Positions 1-15,100 of a stretch of 64,000 nt of DNA are shown here, piece after piece. Each line of letters begins with the position of its first letter. Positions within the stretch are counted from its first letter, which is position 1. The notes under the pieces are model-generated. The model did no database searches. It saw nothing but the letters and a program-made list of their open reading frames with translations, and was not told the origin of the DNA. This stretch comes from a virus. The position numbers and the translations under genes are program-made. Where the stretch lies: the IMG/VR virus record IMGVR_UViG_3300021375_000013, positions 1 through 64,000 of that record; one strand, written 5' to 3'.

Positions 1-1
1 T

Positions 2-121
2 CAATACGCTAGTGGTTCGAAAGAAATTAGAATGATATTTAATGAAGATATCACAAGAGTACCATTGGAAGTACCAACAGACGCATTTACAATTAAAGGT
101 AAAATAGTAGAAATAGAATAA
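2..121 (+). CDS. 3' end of upstream gene (partial), hypothetical
   Basis: Open frame from window start (QYASGSKEIRMIFNEDITRVPLEVPTDAFTIKGKIVEIE) ends in TAA at 119-121, 5 nt before the next ATG. Confidence 0.65.
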   Translation, partial: QYASGSKEIRMIFNEDITRVPLEVPTDAFTIKGKIVEIE

Positions 122-126
122 GCAAA

Positions 127-3100
127 ATGGCAAGATTAATATCCAGAAAACAAGTCGAAGAGATACAGGATTTTATTAAAGATACTTCCTTTGCACAGGG
201 TGTATCTATATCTGGTTCTTTGCTTGTATCACAAAGTTTTAATTTAGGTTCAGACCCAGATGAAAAATCTACTATAACTGGTTCAGTTGAACTTACTGGT
301 TCTCTTACCATTGATGGTGCACTTAATGTAGTTGGTGACCAAGCATTAGATTTAACATCATCCGTTTCATTAGAATCATTAGATTCTTTAAAATTCGGTG
401 GAATCAAACCTGAAGATTTCGGAGCAATGGATGCTACTCTTTATGTATCCTCAACTTCTGGTGATGATAACAATGATGGTAGAACACCACAATTTCCATT
501 AAGAACTGTAAAGAAAGCTGCTGAATTAGCAACTGCTGGAGATGATGGTAGATTTGGTTTACCAACTGGTTCTTTATTTACTGGTTTCCGAATTGAAGTA
601 GCTGCTGGTACTTATTTAGAACAAAACCCAATCGAACTTCCAAAGAATACAACTGTATGGGGAGCTGGTTTAAGGGTAACTAAGATTGTAGCTAAAAACG
701 AAAACGAAGATTTATTTTGGGTAAATAGTGGTTGTTACCTATCAGAGATGACATTTGCTGGATTGAGAGTATTTCCATCAGTAGATAACTCTCGAAGTGG
801 TTTCGCAATTGCATTTGCACCAAACTCATTTATTACAACATCTCCTTATGTTCAGAACTGTTCGATGATTTCGAATCAGGAGAACTCATTCTTAGAAGCA
901 TACGAAGCAATTCCTGCTGGTGGTGGTGGATTGAACGTAGATGGAAATATAATTCATCCTGATTCACCTCTTGCTTCAATGGTATTGGATGCATACACTC
1001 AGATTGCACCCAATGGAGTTGGTTGTCAAGTTGTTGGTAGAGGATTTATTCAGTTAGTATCGTTCTTTACAAACTTCTCAGCATATTCGGTAAAGGTATT
1101 ACAAGGTGGACAGGCAGTACTTCTAAACTCAAACACATCGTTTGGTGATTTTGGTATGTATGCTAGTGGTTCTAGATTTATTACTGGTAGTGGTGGTAAT
1201 ACTGAAGCATTTAATATTGTAAGAGATAACTATACAATTATTATTGATACTATCGAAGATGGTTTAACATCGATACCTGAATTCGTACCAAATACAAATG
1301 CTGGTGTTAAAGTAACAGATGCTTTGCAGCAATTTAGTAGTAACAAATCATCTGATAAAGTTGCAGAACAAGCAAAATCAGAATATAGATTAGTTTCAAA
1401 TATCGTATCAAGTGGTATAAGTAATATCCCATCTTTATTAGCTAAATCAGCAACAAGAGGATATAATACTGGTTCGGTTTGGAATGTATCAAATGGAACA
1501 CAAACAACAGGTTCAACATCAGCAACTTCTACTGAGTTAGCAATTATAGATGATAGATTTGATAAAGTTAAAAGAGTATTGGAGTTAGGTGCAAGAGCAA
1601 CTGCTAGTTATACTTTAGTAGATAATATTGAAGGGTTGGTAAAAGTTGGAAATTCTAATCCATACACTGGTTCAGATGCAACATCACAAATTGAAGTAGA
1701 TACAATAAATAGAAACTTTAATACAGTACTTCAAATAGTAGAATATGGATTAAATAATGAAGATTATCCATTACCAGCACTTACATCATCAAATGCTGCA
1801 AATATAAAGGTAACCGAAACACCTCAATATAATACTGATATTTCATCAAGTGCAGAAGTTGCTAACAAAGTATCTTCTTCATTCGCAACTGTTTTCAGAA
1901 TATTAGAATTAGGTTCAGATTATGCACCTACTATTGTTCAAAGCTCTTCATTTGAAAATCCATCGATTGATTATCAAAATGGGTATGATACTTTAATTGG
2001 TAACTTATCATTTATACAAAATGAAACAATTGCTTACTTATCATCTTCTTGGAGTGAATCTGATTACAATGAAGAAACTTGTAAAAGAGATATTGGATTT
2101 ATTGTAAATGGAGCAGCACATGATTTATTATATGGTGGTAATGAAGAATCAGTTTTAAATGGTAACTTCTACTACTTATATCCCTCAGAAGCAACAGCTT
2201 CACAAAAGCAAGAAACTTTAGATGCTATTAGATATGCTGGAGGACTTGCAGAAAATTTAGTAGGTGATATAACTTATGTAGAACCATCAGTAAATGTAGA
2301 AAATGGATATGACTTATTAGTAAATAATAAATCATTTATACAAAACGAAGTTATTTCATATGTATCATCTTCTTGGAGAGGATTTGAATATGATGAAGTA
2401 AAATGTAAAAGAGATGTTGGGCATGTTATTAATGCAGTAGCAACCGATTTAAGATATGGTGGTAATGAACGAAGTAGAATTGCTGGTGAGTTCTATTACC
2501 TATACCCTTCAACAGCTACAACAACACAATTATTACCAACATTGGATGGTATAGAATGGGCAAGGGATTTATCTAAAAAGTTAGTTGTAAAAGATACATT
2601 TGTAACGGCATCAGCTATCATCCAATCTACATATGATTTAATCGTTGAAAATAGAAGTTTAATTCAAGAAGAAACTGTAAACTTCATTGATACTCAGTTC
2701 CCTAATTTAGTTTATCTAAGAGATAAATGTAAAAGGGATACTGGATATATTGTAGATGCAGTTGCAACTGATTTATATTATGGTGGTAACCAAAAATCAG
2801 TTAGAGCTGGTTTATATTATAATGAGGTTCCTTCGAAAGTAAATGGAGACCAACTAAATGAAACAGTTGATGGTATTTCTTACGCTAAATCATTTATTGA
2901 TAAGGTAGTTGTTAATGAGATAGTAGAATCACCTGAAGTAATTAATAACACATATGCTAGAGTAAGAGTTGGCGATGTATTACAATATGTATCATCTTCT
3001 ATTTCTGGTAGTGAAACGGAAAGAGTTAAAGTAAGTTCTTCTTTCGGAATAGTTGAAGATATTATAAAGCAAGGTGAGGAATCATTATTATCTGCGATAG

Positions 3101-6100
3101 CTGGTAATACACCAAACTTTAAATGGACATTAGATGAGCCAAAATTAGTTAGTAACACAACATTAATAACATCATCAATATCAGCGAGTTCAGCTGATGT
3201 TCAATCTATTTCATCATCATTTGAAATAGTAACAAAAATTATTGAAAGTGGTAGTTCTATAAATACTGATAAAACAATAGGTTCTGCTTCAAATGGATTA
3301 CCAATATCACAAGTTGGTATTCCTAAAGATTCTTATGGTGATAATTTAATAACAACAACTATTGGAACTAAACTTCCAAACGATATAGTTGCTGTATCAA
3401 ATGTAAATAGTAATATTAAATTTACTAATAATGCACAATACTCATCTTCTATATCAGCATCTAACACAATTGCATCAGAGATTTCAGAATCATTTAGAAC
3501 TGTAATTGATATTGTTGAGTATGGTATTAGTGGAAGTAAAGAGATATCTGGTTCAGCTAATTCTTCATCTTATTTCGAAGTTATTACTTTACCAAATGAT
3601 TCAACTGCATTCTATATTAATGATGACCAATTAAAATACTTTGATGGTAGAGAAGGTTGGAGATTGGGTGGAGAAGATACTGGTTCATTCTTAGGTTCTA
3701 AAAAAGACCCAACTCTAACATTGGTTAGAAATGAAATGTACACATTCTCAATTAATGATTTAGGTTTTGAGGATACTACAATTGATGAACCATTCTTGAT
3801 TAAAACAAAACCAACTGCTGGAACTGTATATGATGTATATGAAAGTATTGGTTTGGTAAATAATGGTATTACATTTGGTACTATAACATTTACTCCTTTA
3901 ACTGATACACCAGATACACTTTATTATGTAAATCCAAACAACGCTTCAGCTAGTGGTGTGATAAACATCGTAGATAGTTTACCACTTTCATCGGAGCAGG
4001 AATTTGTTTATGTTCCAACTAGAGGTGAATTTGAAAAAGTAGTAAACACTAAAGATAATATAAAAATAACAACTGGTTCTCAATATACATCATCATTAGA
4101 TGCTAGTGTTTCTGATAGAAACATAGTAAGTGGAGGATTCAGTACAATAGTTGGTATTCTAAAAAGTGGAGTAGATTCATTTACACCAACTGCAGCAACT
4201 TATAATCCAGCTGATGGTGAATTTGTAATGACTGTTTCTCAACATGGTTTAGATGTTGGTGATAGAATTTACTTAAAGCCAGAATCATTCGTATTCACTT
4301 GTGATATGGATGGTAATAGAACTGAGCACAAATTACCTTCAGTTGGACAACCCGCATACAACAAACAATTAACTATAACTTCGATAACCGATGATACCAT
4401 AACTGTAAATGTTGGTAAATCAGGTCCGAATATAAACTTTAATACAACTAACGCAACTTATGACCCAGCAACTGGAGATTTCGTTGCAACTGTTGGGAAC
4501 CATACTTTAAGTGTTGGAGAAGGTATTGTACTTTCACCAGAATCATTTGCTTTCACTTGTGATATGGATAATGACCAATCAGTTAAATCTTATCCAAGAG
4601 TTGGTATTGACCCGTTTGCAGTTCGTTCTATTCCAATTACTTCTGTAACTGATACTACGTTAACATTTAATGTTGGAGCATCAGGTCCTAATAAGTATTT
4701 TACTCCTTCATCCGCATCTTATAATGCATTGACTGGTGATATGATTGTAACTGTTGGACAACATGGATTGGGAGTTGGGAGAAGTGTAGTATTGGAGGAT
4801 GAATCATTTGCATTCACTTGTGACCAAGATTCAGATGCAACAACTCATTCTTATCCAAGACCAGGTTCAGACCCATATGCTGGTAAATCGATAGAAATTA
4901 AATCGGTTGGAAATACTCAACATACACCAACAAATGCTCCTTATGATGCATCTACTGGAATTGTAACTTTAACTATCGCTGGACATGGATTTAGTAATGG
5001 AGATTATGTTAAAGTTGATGATGGAGCATTAACCTATACTTGTATATTGGATGGTAATACTGTTGAGAAATCTTATCCAAGAGCTGGATATGATTACCCA
5101 AGCGGAAGATGGTTAGAAATTTCAAACGTAACAACTGATACTTTTGATATTAACATTGGAGCATCTTCTTATAAATCAACACATACATTTGTATCTGCAA
5201 CTAATGGTGGTATAAGAAGGCAAACTGGTACATTTACAATTAATGTAGGAGATGGTGGAACGGCATCAAACTCTTTACACACATTTGTATCAGCTTCAGC
5301 AAACGCTGTAAAGCATGAACCACAATCAGTTCATACTTATGTATCTTCTTCAAATGGAGCTATTAAACATTTACCACAATCAACTCATACCTTTGTTAGA
5401 ACAAGCGAAGATTCGGTAAGTACTTTACCAATTCTAACTAAAAATATTGAAGGTTTGGTTAAAAGAAGTAATGCAACTCAATTTACTTCTTCACTAAGTG
5501 GTTCAGAAAACCTTATATCTAAGTTATCATCTTCGTTTGAAACTGTATTAGATATTATAGAATTTGGAACTGGTTCAACTCCAACAACTGCAACTTATGA
5601 CCCTGCGGATGGTGATTTCGTAATGACTATTCCAAATCACAAATTTAGAAAAGCAGATAGTATTTATCTAAAACCAGAATCATTTGTATTCACTTGTAAA
5701 ATGGATGATAATAAAACTGAACATAAATTACCTTCAGTTGGACAACCTGCTTACAATAGTAAATTAAGAATTAAATCGGTAACTGATAATACTGTAACTG
5801 TAAATGTTGGTAAATCGGGTCCAAATTTACATTTTAATCCTACTAACGCAACTTATGACCCAGCAACTGGTGATTTTGTAATTACAACTGGTACTCATAG
5901 TTTAAGTGTTGGTGAGGGGATTATATTAGATATTGAATCATTTGCATTCACTTGTGATATGGATGATGACCAATCAGTTAAATCTTACCCTCGATTGGGT
6001 ATAGACCCTTATGCTGGTCGTTCAATGATTATAACCGATGTTACTGATACTACAATGACTGTAAACGTTGGGGTATCGGGTCCAAACAAATACTTTACTC

Positions 6101-9100
6101 CATCGGATGTTAACTATAACGCATTGACTGGAGAAATGGTATTGACTGTAGGTCAACATGGGTTGGGTGTAAGTAGAAGTGTAGTATTAGAAAATGAATC
6201 AATTGCTTTCACTTGTGACCAAGATGGTGATTCATCTGTTCACTCTTACCCAAGAAGTGGTTCAGACCCATATGCAGAACAATCAATAGAAATTATTTCA
6301 GTTGGAACTACATCACATACTCCAACAAATGCACCATACAATCCAACAACTGGTATCGTAACACTCACAATCGCTAATCACGGATTCTCTAATAATGATT
6401 ATATAAAAGTTGATGATGGTGCATTAACTTATACTTGTGTTTTAGATGGAAACACAACTCAGAAATCTTATCCAAGAACTGGAATAGATTATCCATCTGG
6501 AAGATGGTTACAAATTTCAAATGTAACAACTGATACATTTGATATTAACATAGGTTCATCTTCTTACACTGGAGCTCATACATTTGTATCTGCTACAACT
6601 AATGGAATAAAAAGACAAGATGGTACATTTACAATTAATGTAGGGGATGCTGGTAGTGCTTCTGATTCAATTCATACATTCGTATCTGCATCAACAAATG
6701 CAGTGAAACACGAACCACAATCACTTCACACATTCGTATCAGCATCTAGAGAAGCAGTTAAACACCTACCACAATCAGTTCATACTTTTGTTAGAACTAT
6801 TGATGATTCGGTAACTGTAATTCCACCAAAAGTGGAAAATATTGAAGAAGCTATTTCTGTAACAACTGAAACTCAATATGTAACATCTTCTATATCTGCA
6901 TCGGCTGCAGATATCTCATTCATCTCAGAATCATTTGAGATTGTAACGAGAATTATAGAATTTGGTAGTGGTTCTTATGAATCATCATCATTATATGGTA
7001 GTGAGGTAACTGCATCATCAACTGTTGCGGCTTATAACTTATTAAAATCAAACATTGACTTTATAAAAGAAGAAACAATTTCATATTTAAGTTCTTCTTG
7101 GTCTGCTGCAGATTACAATGAGGCAAGTTGTAGTAGAGATATTGCTGGTATTGTTAGTGGAGCAGCTGAAGATTTAATTCACAATGTTTACTCAGCATCT
7201 ATATTCAATGGTAAGTTCTACTTAGAATATCCATCACAAGCACAAGGTTCACAATTAAACCAAACGTTGGATGGAATTAGATACGCAAGTAGAGTAGCAC
7301 AAAAAGTAGCATCGAATGTAACATTCTCAAATCCATCACAAGATAGATTAGATACGCAAACAATTATAAACAATAATAAAGAGTTTATCAAAGAAGAAGG
7401 AATTGCATTCCTATCAGCTTCTTGGAGTGATTTCGATTATCCAGAAGAAACTTGTAAAAGAGATATCGTACATATCTTAGATGCATCAATTACTGATATT
7501 GTTTATGGTGGTAATGAAAGAACAATTAATGCTGGTGTATTCTATTGGAAATATCCATCAGAAGCAACTGGTTCTCAATTGTTCCCAACTTTAGATGGTA
7601 TTGAATATGCTGGTGAAGTTGCACAAAAAGTAGTTAGTGGAGCAGTATTTACACCACCAACTTCTGATAAAGTAAATGCTTATAACTTAGTATTAGAAAA
7701 TAGAGATTTAATCCAAAATGAAGTAATAGAATATGTTTCATCTTCTTGGAACGCAGCTGATTACGATGATGTTAAATGTAAGAGAGATACTGGATACATT
7801 ATTGATGCAGCTATTACTGATTTACTATATGGTGGAAATGAAAGAAGTATAATAGCTGGAGATTTCTACTACAAATATCCATCACAAGCACAAGGTTCAC
7901 AATTAGACCAAACTGTTGATGGTATAGTTCACGCTCAAAGATTATCTGATAAGGTAATGAGTAATACTATATTAGTAAATCCATCAGTAGAAAGAGAAGG
8001 ATTATATCAAACGATAGAACAAAATAGAGAATTGGTTCAAGCTGAAGTAATTGCTTACATCTCATCTTCTTGGGTTGGGTTCGATTACGATGAAGCTAAA
8101 TGTAGTAGAGATGTTGGACACATCTTAGATGCAGTTTCAACTGACTTGAGATATGGTGGAAATGAAAGAAGTGTTATTGCTGGTGAGTATTATTACTTAT
8201 ATCCATCAGAAGCAACAAGTGTTCAAAAAACACAAACTATCGATGGTATCGTACATGCAGCTAACTTAGTTCAAAAACTTATTCAGAATGTTGTATTAGT
8301 ACAACCTTCAGAAACTAAACTAAGTATTTGGAATACAATTAGAGATAATAGAAGTTTAATTCAAAAAGAAGTAACTGAGTATATTGATTACGCATATCCA
8401 TTCTTTACATATAATAGAGAAAAGTGTAGAAGAGATGTTGGGCATATTTTAGATGGTGTTGCAACCGATTTCTTATGGGGTGGTAATCAAAGAAGTATTA
8501 AAGGTGGAGAATTCTATTACTTATTCCCATCTGAAGCAACTACTGTACAAAAAGATGAAACTATTGATGGTATTATGTACGCTAAGAATTTAGTTAGAGA
8601 TATAATTACACAACAAACATTATTATCTCCATCAAAGGTATCCAATACTGATGGAAACATTAAGGTAACATCTTTTGAGGCTGTAACATCTTCAATCGCA
8701 TTGAGTGGTTCATATCAAACTGAAGTTAGTGAATCATATGATATTGTAACTGGAATTATAAAAACAGGTATTGAATCATTCACACCTAAAACTGCAACTT
8801 ATGACCCTGCGAATGGTGATTTTGTAATGACTGTACCTAAACATAATCTATATAGTGGTGATAGTATCTATCTAAAACCTGAATCATTCACATTTACTTG
8901 TGAAATGGATGGTAATAGAACTGAACACAAACTTCCATCAGTTGGACAACCTGCTTATGATAATAGATTAACTATTAAATCAACAACATCAGATACTATA
9001 ACTGTAAACGTTGGTAAATCAGGTCCAAATGTAGAATACAACCCAACAACTGCATCATATGACCCAGCAACTGGAGAATTTGTTGTAACTGTGGCAAGTC

Positions 9101-12100
9101 ATAGTTTAAGTGTTGGTGAAGGTGTAGTTATGAAAGCTGAATCATTTGCATTTACTTGTGATATGGATAATGACCAATCGGTTAAATCATATCCAAGAGT
9201 AGGAATCGACCCATATTCAGTACGTTCAATTCCTCTAACGGCTGTAACTGATACTACAATGACATTTAATGTAGGAGCATCAGGTCCGAATAAATATTTC
9301 ACACCTGTATCTGCTTCTTACAATGCTCTAAGTGGAGATATGACTCTGACTGTTACCGAATCATTCGGATTGGGTGTTGGTAGAAGTGTGGTATTAGAAA
9401 ACGAATCATTCGCATTTACTTGTGACCAAGATTCAGATGCTACAATACATTCTTATCCAAGAAGTGGTTCAGACCCATACGCAGAACAATCAATTGTAAT
9501 TACTTCAGTTGGTACAACTTCACATAGTGTAACTGATGCACCATATGATTCTGCAACTGGTGATGTAACTATAACAATCGTATCACATGGATTTAGTAAT
9601 GGAGATTACATCAAATTAGATGATAATTCTCTAACTTATACTTGTGTATTAGATGGTAATACAACTACAAAATCTTACCCAAGACCTAATTACGATTATC
9701 CAAGTGGAAGATGGTTAGAAATTTCTAATGTAACAACTAACACATTCGATATCAATATAGGTTCTTCACCATATGTAGGTTCACATACATTTGTATCAGC
9801 AACTACTAATGGATTAGAAAGACAAAATGGAACATTTACAATTAATGTTGGTAATGGTGGAAGTGCTTCTGGTTCTTTACACACATTCGTATCAGCATCT
9901 AATAGAGCAGTAAAACATGAACCTCAATCAGTTCATACTTTTGTATCAGCTTCAAATGGTGCATTGAAACACTTACCTCAATCAGCTCATACATTTATTA
10001 GAACTGATAGAGATTCAGTAAGTACATTACCTGTATTAACTGAAAGCATTGAAGGGTTAATTAAAATAAATGATACAACTCAATTTACTTCTTCTTTAAG
10101 TGGTAGTGTGGTTGAATCAGCATTTGTAACTCGAAGTGTAGGATTTATCAATGATATTATCAGATTAGGAACTGATGATATTCCTTTCGCATTAGCAAAA
10201 TGGTACGATGATACATTGGATACTCCACAACAATTAACAACGGGTTCTTATACTCAAATAGTTGGACCTACATTGGATTCAGAATACAACAATGGTTCAA
10301 TTATATCTTTAACTGGTGATGGTAGTAATTTCTTCAAAAAAGAAGTTACGGTCAATGGTGTAAGAATTGTTGTAGCCGGTGATGTTGGTGGACAAACTGC
10401 TGTACCTGATACATTTACTGAGAAAGTTGCTCGTATGTTTGAATTATTTACTGACCCAAGTGGTTCGGGAATAAATGAAACATTCCAAAGAAATTTAATT
10501 AAAACATTAAGTGGTGATAGTGGAACTTACCACGCTGGATTACCAACTATACAAAGAGTAGCAAGAGGAGCTGGAAGTGATTATACTCCAAACTTCCTTG
10601 ATGATGCTGGTATTTTATATTGGAACTTAACAAACTTGTTTGATACTCATGTACAAAACGATATGGTTTGGTATCTAAACTCAACAGGTGATATATCTGG
10701 TTCTGGTGATATAGATGCACAAGAAGTAATTGAACACATATTCCACACATTACATATGCATGGTTTACCTGCAGATGATATAAAACTATATTCTTATTTG
10801 GCATCTGATTGGCAGACTGGTGATTTATATCTTGCAATGGAAGAGGCATATGATGCTGGATTGTGGGATTCATCGGGATATGGTGGTAATAGTTGGAAAA
10901 CTGATTCTGATGCATTTGAGGTAGCTGCTAAAGAATATCTATATTTGTTAAACTTCGCAATGTTTGAATATACCGATTTATGGGAAAATGGAAGTCTTTC
11001 TCCTGAGTGGGATGATTCAATGAGAACACAAGCTGGAATTTTAGCAAATAACCCATTAGGTTATGCATTCCATAACACATATATTTCACCTACAATTAGT
11101 AAACCATCATTGGCAACTATTAGAAGTATATTCCAAGATGGTGATTTGGGTGACCCAACAATAGCAGGTGAATCTGGATATGTTGTAACTCCAACTGGAA
11201 CTTATACAACTGATACTGAATTTGGTATCGTAAGTTCATCATTTGGTCAAATTATTAATATCATCGAAAATGGTGTTGATACATTCACACCAACCACAGC
11301 AACTTATGACCCATCAAATGGAAACTTTGTAGTTACTATTCCAAATCATACTTTAGATATTGGAGATGAGATTTATATAAGACCAGAATCGTTTACATTT
11401 ACTTGTACGATGGATGGAAATAAAACTGAACACAAATTACCTTCAGTTGGACAACCTGCTTATGATAATAAATTAGAGATAACATCAAAAACTGATGATA
11501 CTATAACTGTAAATGTGGGAGCATCGGGTCCTGATGTTGAATGGACTCCATCTAACGCAACTTATGACCCCGCTACTGGTGATTTTGTAATTACAACTGG
11601 AACTCACACATTAAGTGTTGGGGAAGGTATCGTATTAGATACTGGTTCATTTGCATTTACTTGTGATATGGATAACAATCAATCAACTAAATCTTACCCT
11701 AGATTTGGAATTGACCCATACGCTGGACGTTCAATGAAACTTACTTCGGTAACTTCAAATACAATGACTGTAAATGTTGGAGCATCAGGTCCGAATAAAT
11801 ATTTCACACCTGTATCTGCTTCATATAACGCTCTAAGTGGAGATATGACTCTGACTGTTTCTGAATCATTTGGATTAGGAATCGGAAGAAGTGTAGTATT
11901 AGAAAACGAATCTATCGCATTCACTTGTGATATGGATAGTAACTTAACTACTCACTCATACCCAAGAAGTGGTTCAGACCCATACGCAGAACAATCAATT
12001 GTAATTACTTCAGTTGGAAAAACTCAACATACACCAACAGACGCTCCATATAATTCAGCAACTGGTGATGTTATTATCACAATTGCTAATCACGGATTTA

Positions 12101-15100
12101 GTAATGGTGATTATATTAAGATTTCTGATAACGGATTATCTTACACTTGTATATTAGATGGAAATAAAGTTAAAAAATCATATCCAAGACCTGGTTATGA
12201 TTATCCATCTGGAAGATGGTTACCAATTTCTAATGTAACTACAAATACATTCAAAATTAATATAGGAACTTCATCATATGTTGGAGAACACACATTCGTA
12301 TCAGCAGAACAAAATAGTATTGAAAGACAAACTGGTATATTTACAATTAACGTAGGAGATGCTGGAAGTGCTTCTGGTTCTTTACACACATTCGTATCAG
12401 CATCAGCAAACGCTGTTAAGCATGAACCTCAATCAGCACATACATTTGTATCTGCATCTAAGGGAGCAGTTAAACATTCACCTCAAGCAGGTCATACTTT
12501 TGTTAGAACTGAAAATAATTCAATAAGTGTTTTACCAGCGGTTGTAAATAATACTGAAAACAATATTAAAGTAACTAATACAAATCAATTTACTTCTTCT
12601 ATTATTGGTTCTATAACTGAAGTTAATAAAGTAAAATCATCAATTGGTATAATTGAAGATATATTACAAAATGGTACGTCTGTTAAACCAAACGTAGTTA
12701 AGAACAACTCTGATAAAAATAACTTAATTAAAGTTACTGATGCAGTTCAAATTACATCAGAATCATTTGGAGATAGATTACAACAAAGATTGATTTCATC
12801 ATCAATTGCAATCGTAACTACAATTGTTGAAAACGGAACTGGTTCACTACCAACTGTTGTTGAGTATGGAACTCCTTCCGATTCTCCAAAAACATTAGCA
12901 GCTTATAACTTATTAAAAGATAACATTGAATTTATCCAAAGTGAAAGTATCGCTTATTTATCATCTTCTTGGTCAACTGCATCTTACAATGAAACGAGTT
13001 GTAGTAGAGATATTGGGGCAATTATAAGTGGAGCAGCTGAAGATATGTTGTATAACGCAAACTCTTCATCTATATTCAATGGTAAGTTCTACTATGATTT
13101 CCCATCTAAAGCACAGGGTGCACAATTACAACAAACATTAGATGGTATTAACTACGCTGGTAGATTGGCAGAAAGTATCGTAAGAGGATATACATTCCAA
13201 ACTGCATCTGCAGTAGTTAGTGGTTCTTATGAATTAATTAGAAACAATAGAGAATTTATTGAAAATGAAACAATTGAATTCTTATCATCTTCTTGGGATG
13301 GATTTACTTACAATGAAATAACTTGTAAAAGAGATATTACTCACATTATAGATGCAGTATCAACTGACCTTCTTTATGGTGGTAACGAAAGAAGTGTAAA
13401 CGCTGGTGATTACTATTACAGATTCCCATCAGCAGCTATTACTGGTGGTGTTCCAAATGAAGATAGACAAAAAGACCCAACTGTAACTGCTATTGATTAT
13501 GTACAAAATATAGTAACTGAAATAGTAAGTGGGGCTGTTTTCCAAACTGCATCAAATGAGGTTGAATTTGTTTATGATACAATCAGAGAAAATAGAGCAT
13601 TCTTACAAGCTGAAACTGTTGCATTTGTAAACGCTAAATATCCAAACTTTGATTATAACGAAGCAAGTTGTAGTAGAGATACTGGATTTATTATTGATGC
13701 TGTTGCTACTGATTTAAGATATGGTGGAAACCAAAGAGCATTAACTGCTGGTGAATTCTATTATAGATTCCCATCTGAAGCAACTGGTAACCAATTAGAT
13801 GAAACAACTGATGCATTAATCTATACTAAAGATTTAATTGAAAAATTAGTTAACAAAGAAACATTATTTATTCCAACTGGAAGTTTGAATACTGATAATG
13901 GAATTAAAGTAACTTCATTCTCACCAGCAACTGGTAGTAGTATAACTGATGTTACTATTCTTAACACAATTTCATCTTCATTCTCAATTGTATCAGATGC
14001 AATCGCTAATGGAACGGGTTCAACACCAACTTCATCTAATTATGGAGCAGTTTCTACTGATTCAGATATCCTAACTACTTATGGATTGATTACTGAAAGT
14101 GTACCATTTATTCAAAATGAGGTTGTTGCTTATATTTCATCATCTTGGGTAGGATTTGATTACAATGAAGCTAGTTGTAGTAGAGATGTTGGATTTATAG
14201 TAAATGGCGTAGCAGAAGATTTAAGATACGGAATTGTATCAGCATCTTCAGTAAATGCTAGATATTATTATCAATTCCCATCTGAGGCTAATGGAACTGG
14301 TTCTCAAGCTCAACAAACTATTGATGGTATCAATTACGCAGCACAATTAACTGAACAAATCGTTAAAGGTGTAACATTTGATTTCCCATCAACTCAAATA
14401 TCAGCATCAGTTGAATTAATTAGAAATAATAGAGAGTTTATTCAATCTGAATCTATTTCTTACCTAAGTTCATCTTGGGAAGGGTTTGATTATGTAGAAG
14501 CAACTTGTATGAGAGATGTTGGACATATTTTAGATGCAGTATCTACTGATTTACTTTATGGTGGTAACCAAAGAAGTAAAATTGCAGGAGAATACTACTA
14601 CAAATATCCTTCATCAGCAACATCAACTCAATTAGAACCAACTACAACAGGTATTAAGTACGCGGGTGATGTGGCAAGTAAATTAGTACAAAACGAAATA
14701 TTCGTAACGGCATCGGCTGAAAGATTAGCTGGTAATAAAGTTCTTTTAGATAACAAAGAATTTATCCAAAATGAAGTAATTGCATATATTTCTTCTTCTT
14801 GGAGTACATTTGATTACAATGAGGATAAATGTAAGAGAGATACTGGTTATATCTTAAATGGTGTAGCAACTGACTTCTTATATGGTGGTAATGAAAGAAG
14901 TAGAGTAAATGGTGAATACTATTACCTATATCCATCGGATGCAACTGTTAATTTCCAAACTAATCCAAATGGACAATTGAATCAAACAATTGATGGAATT
15001 AACTATTCAGCAAGATTGGCTGAAAAAGTGTTGGAAAATACAACATTTGTTACCGCATCTACCGAAGTATCTGCATCGGCTGAATTACTAAGAAATAATA

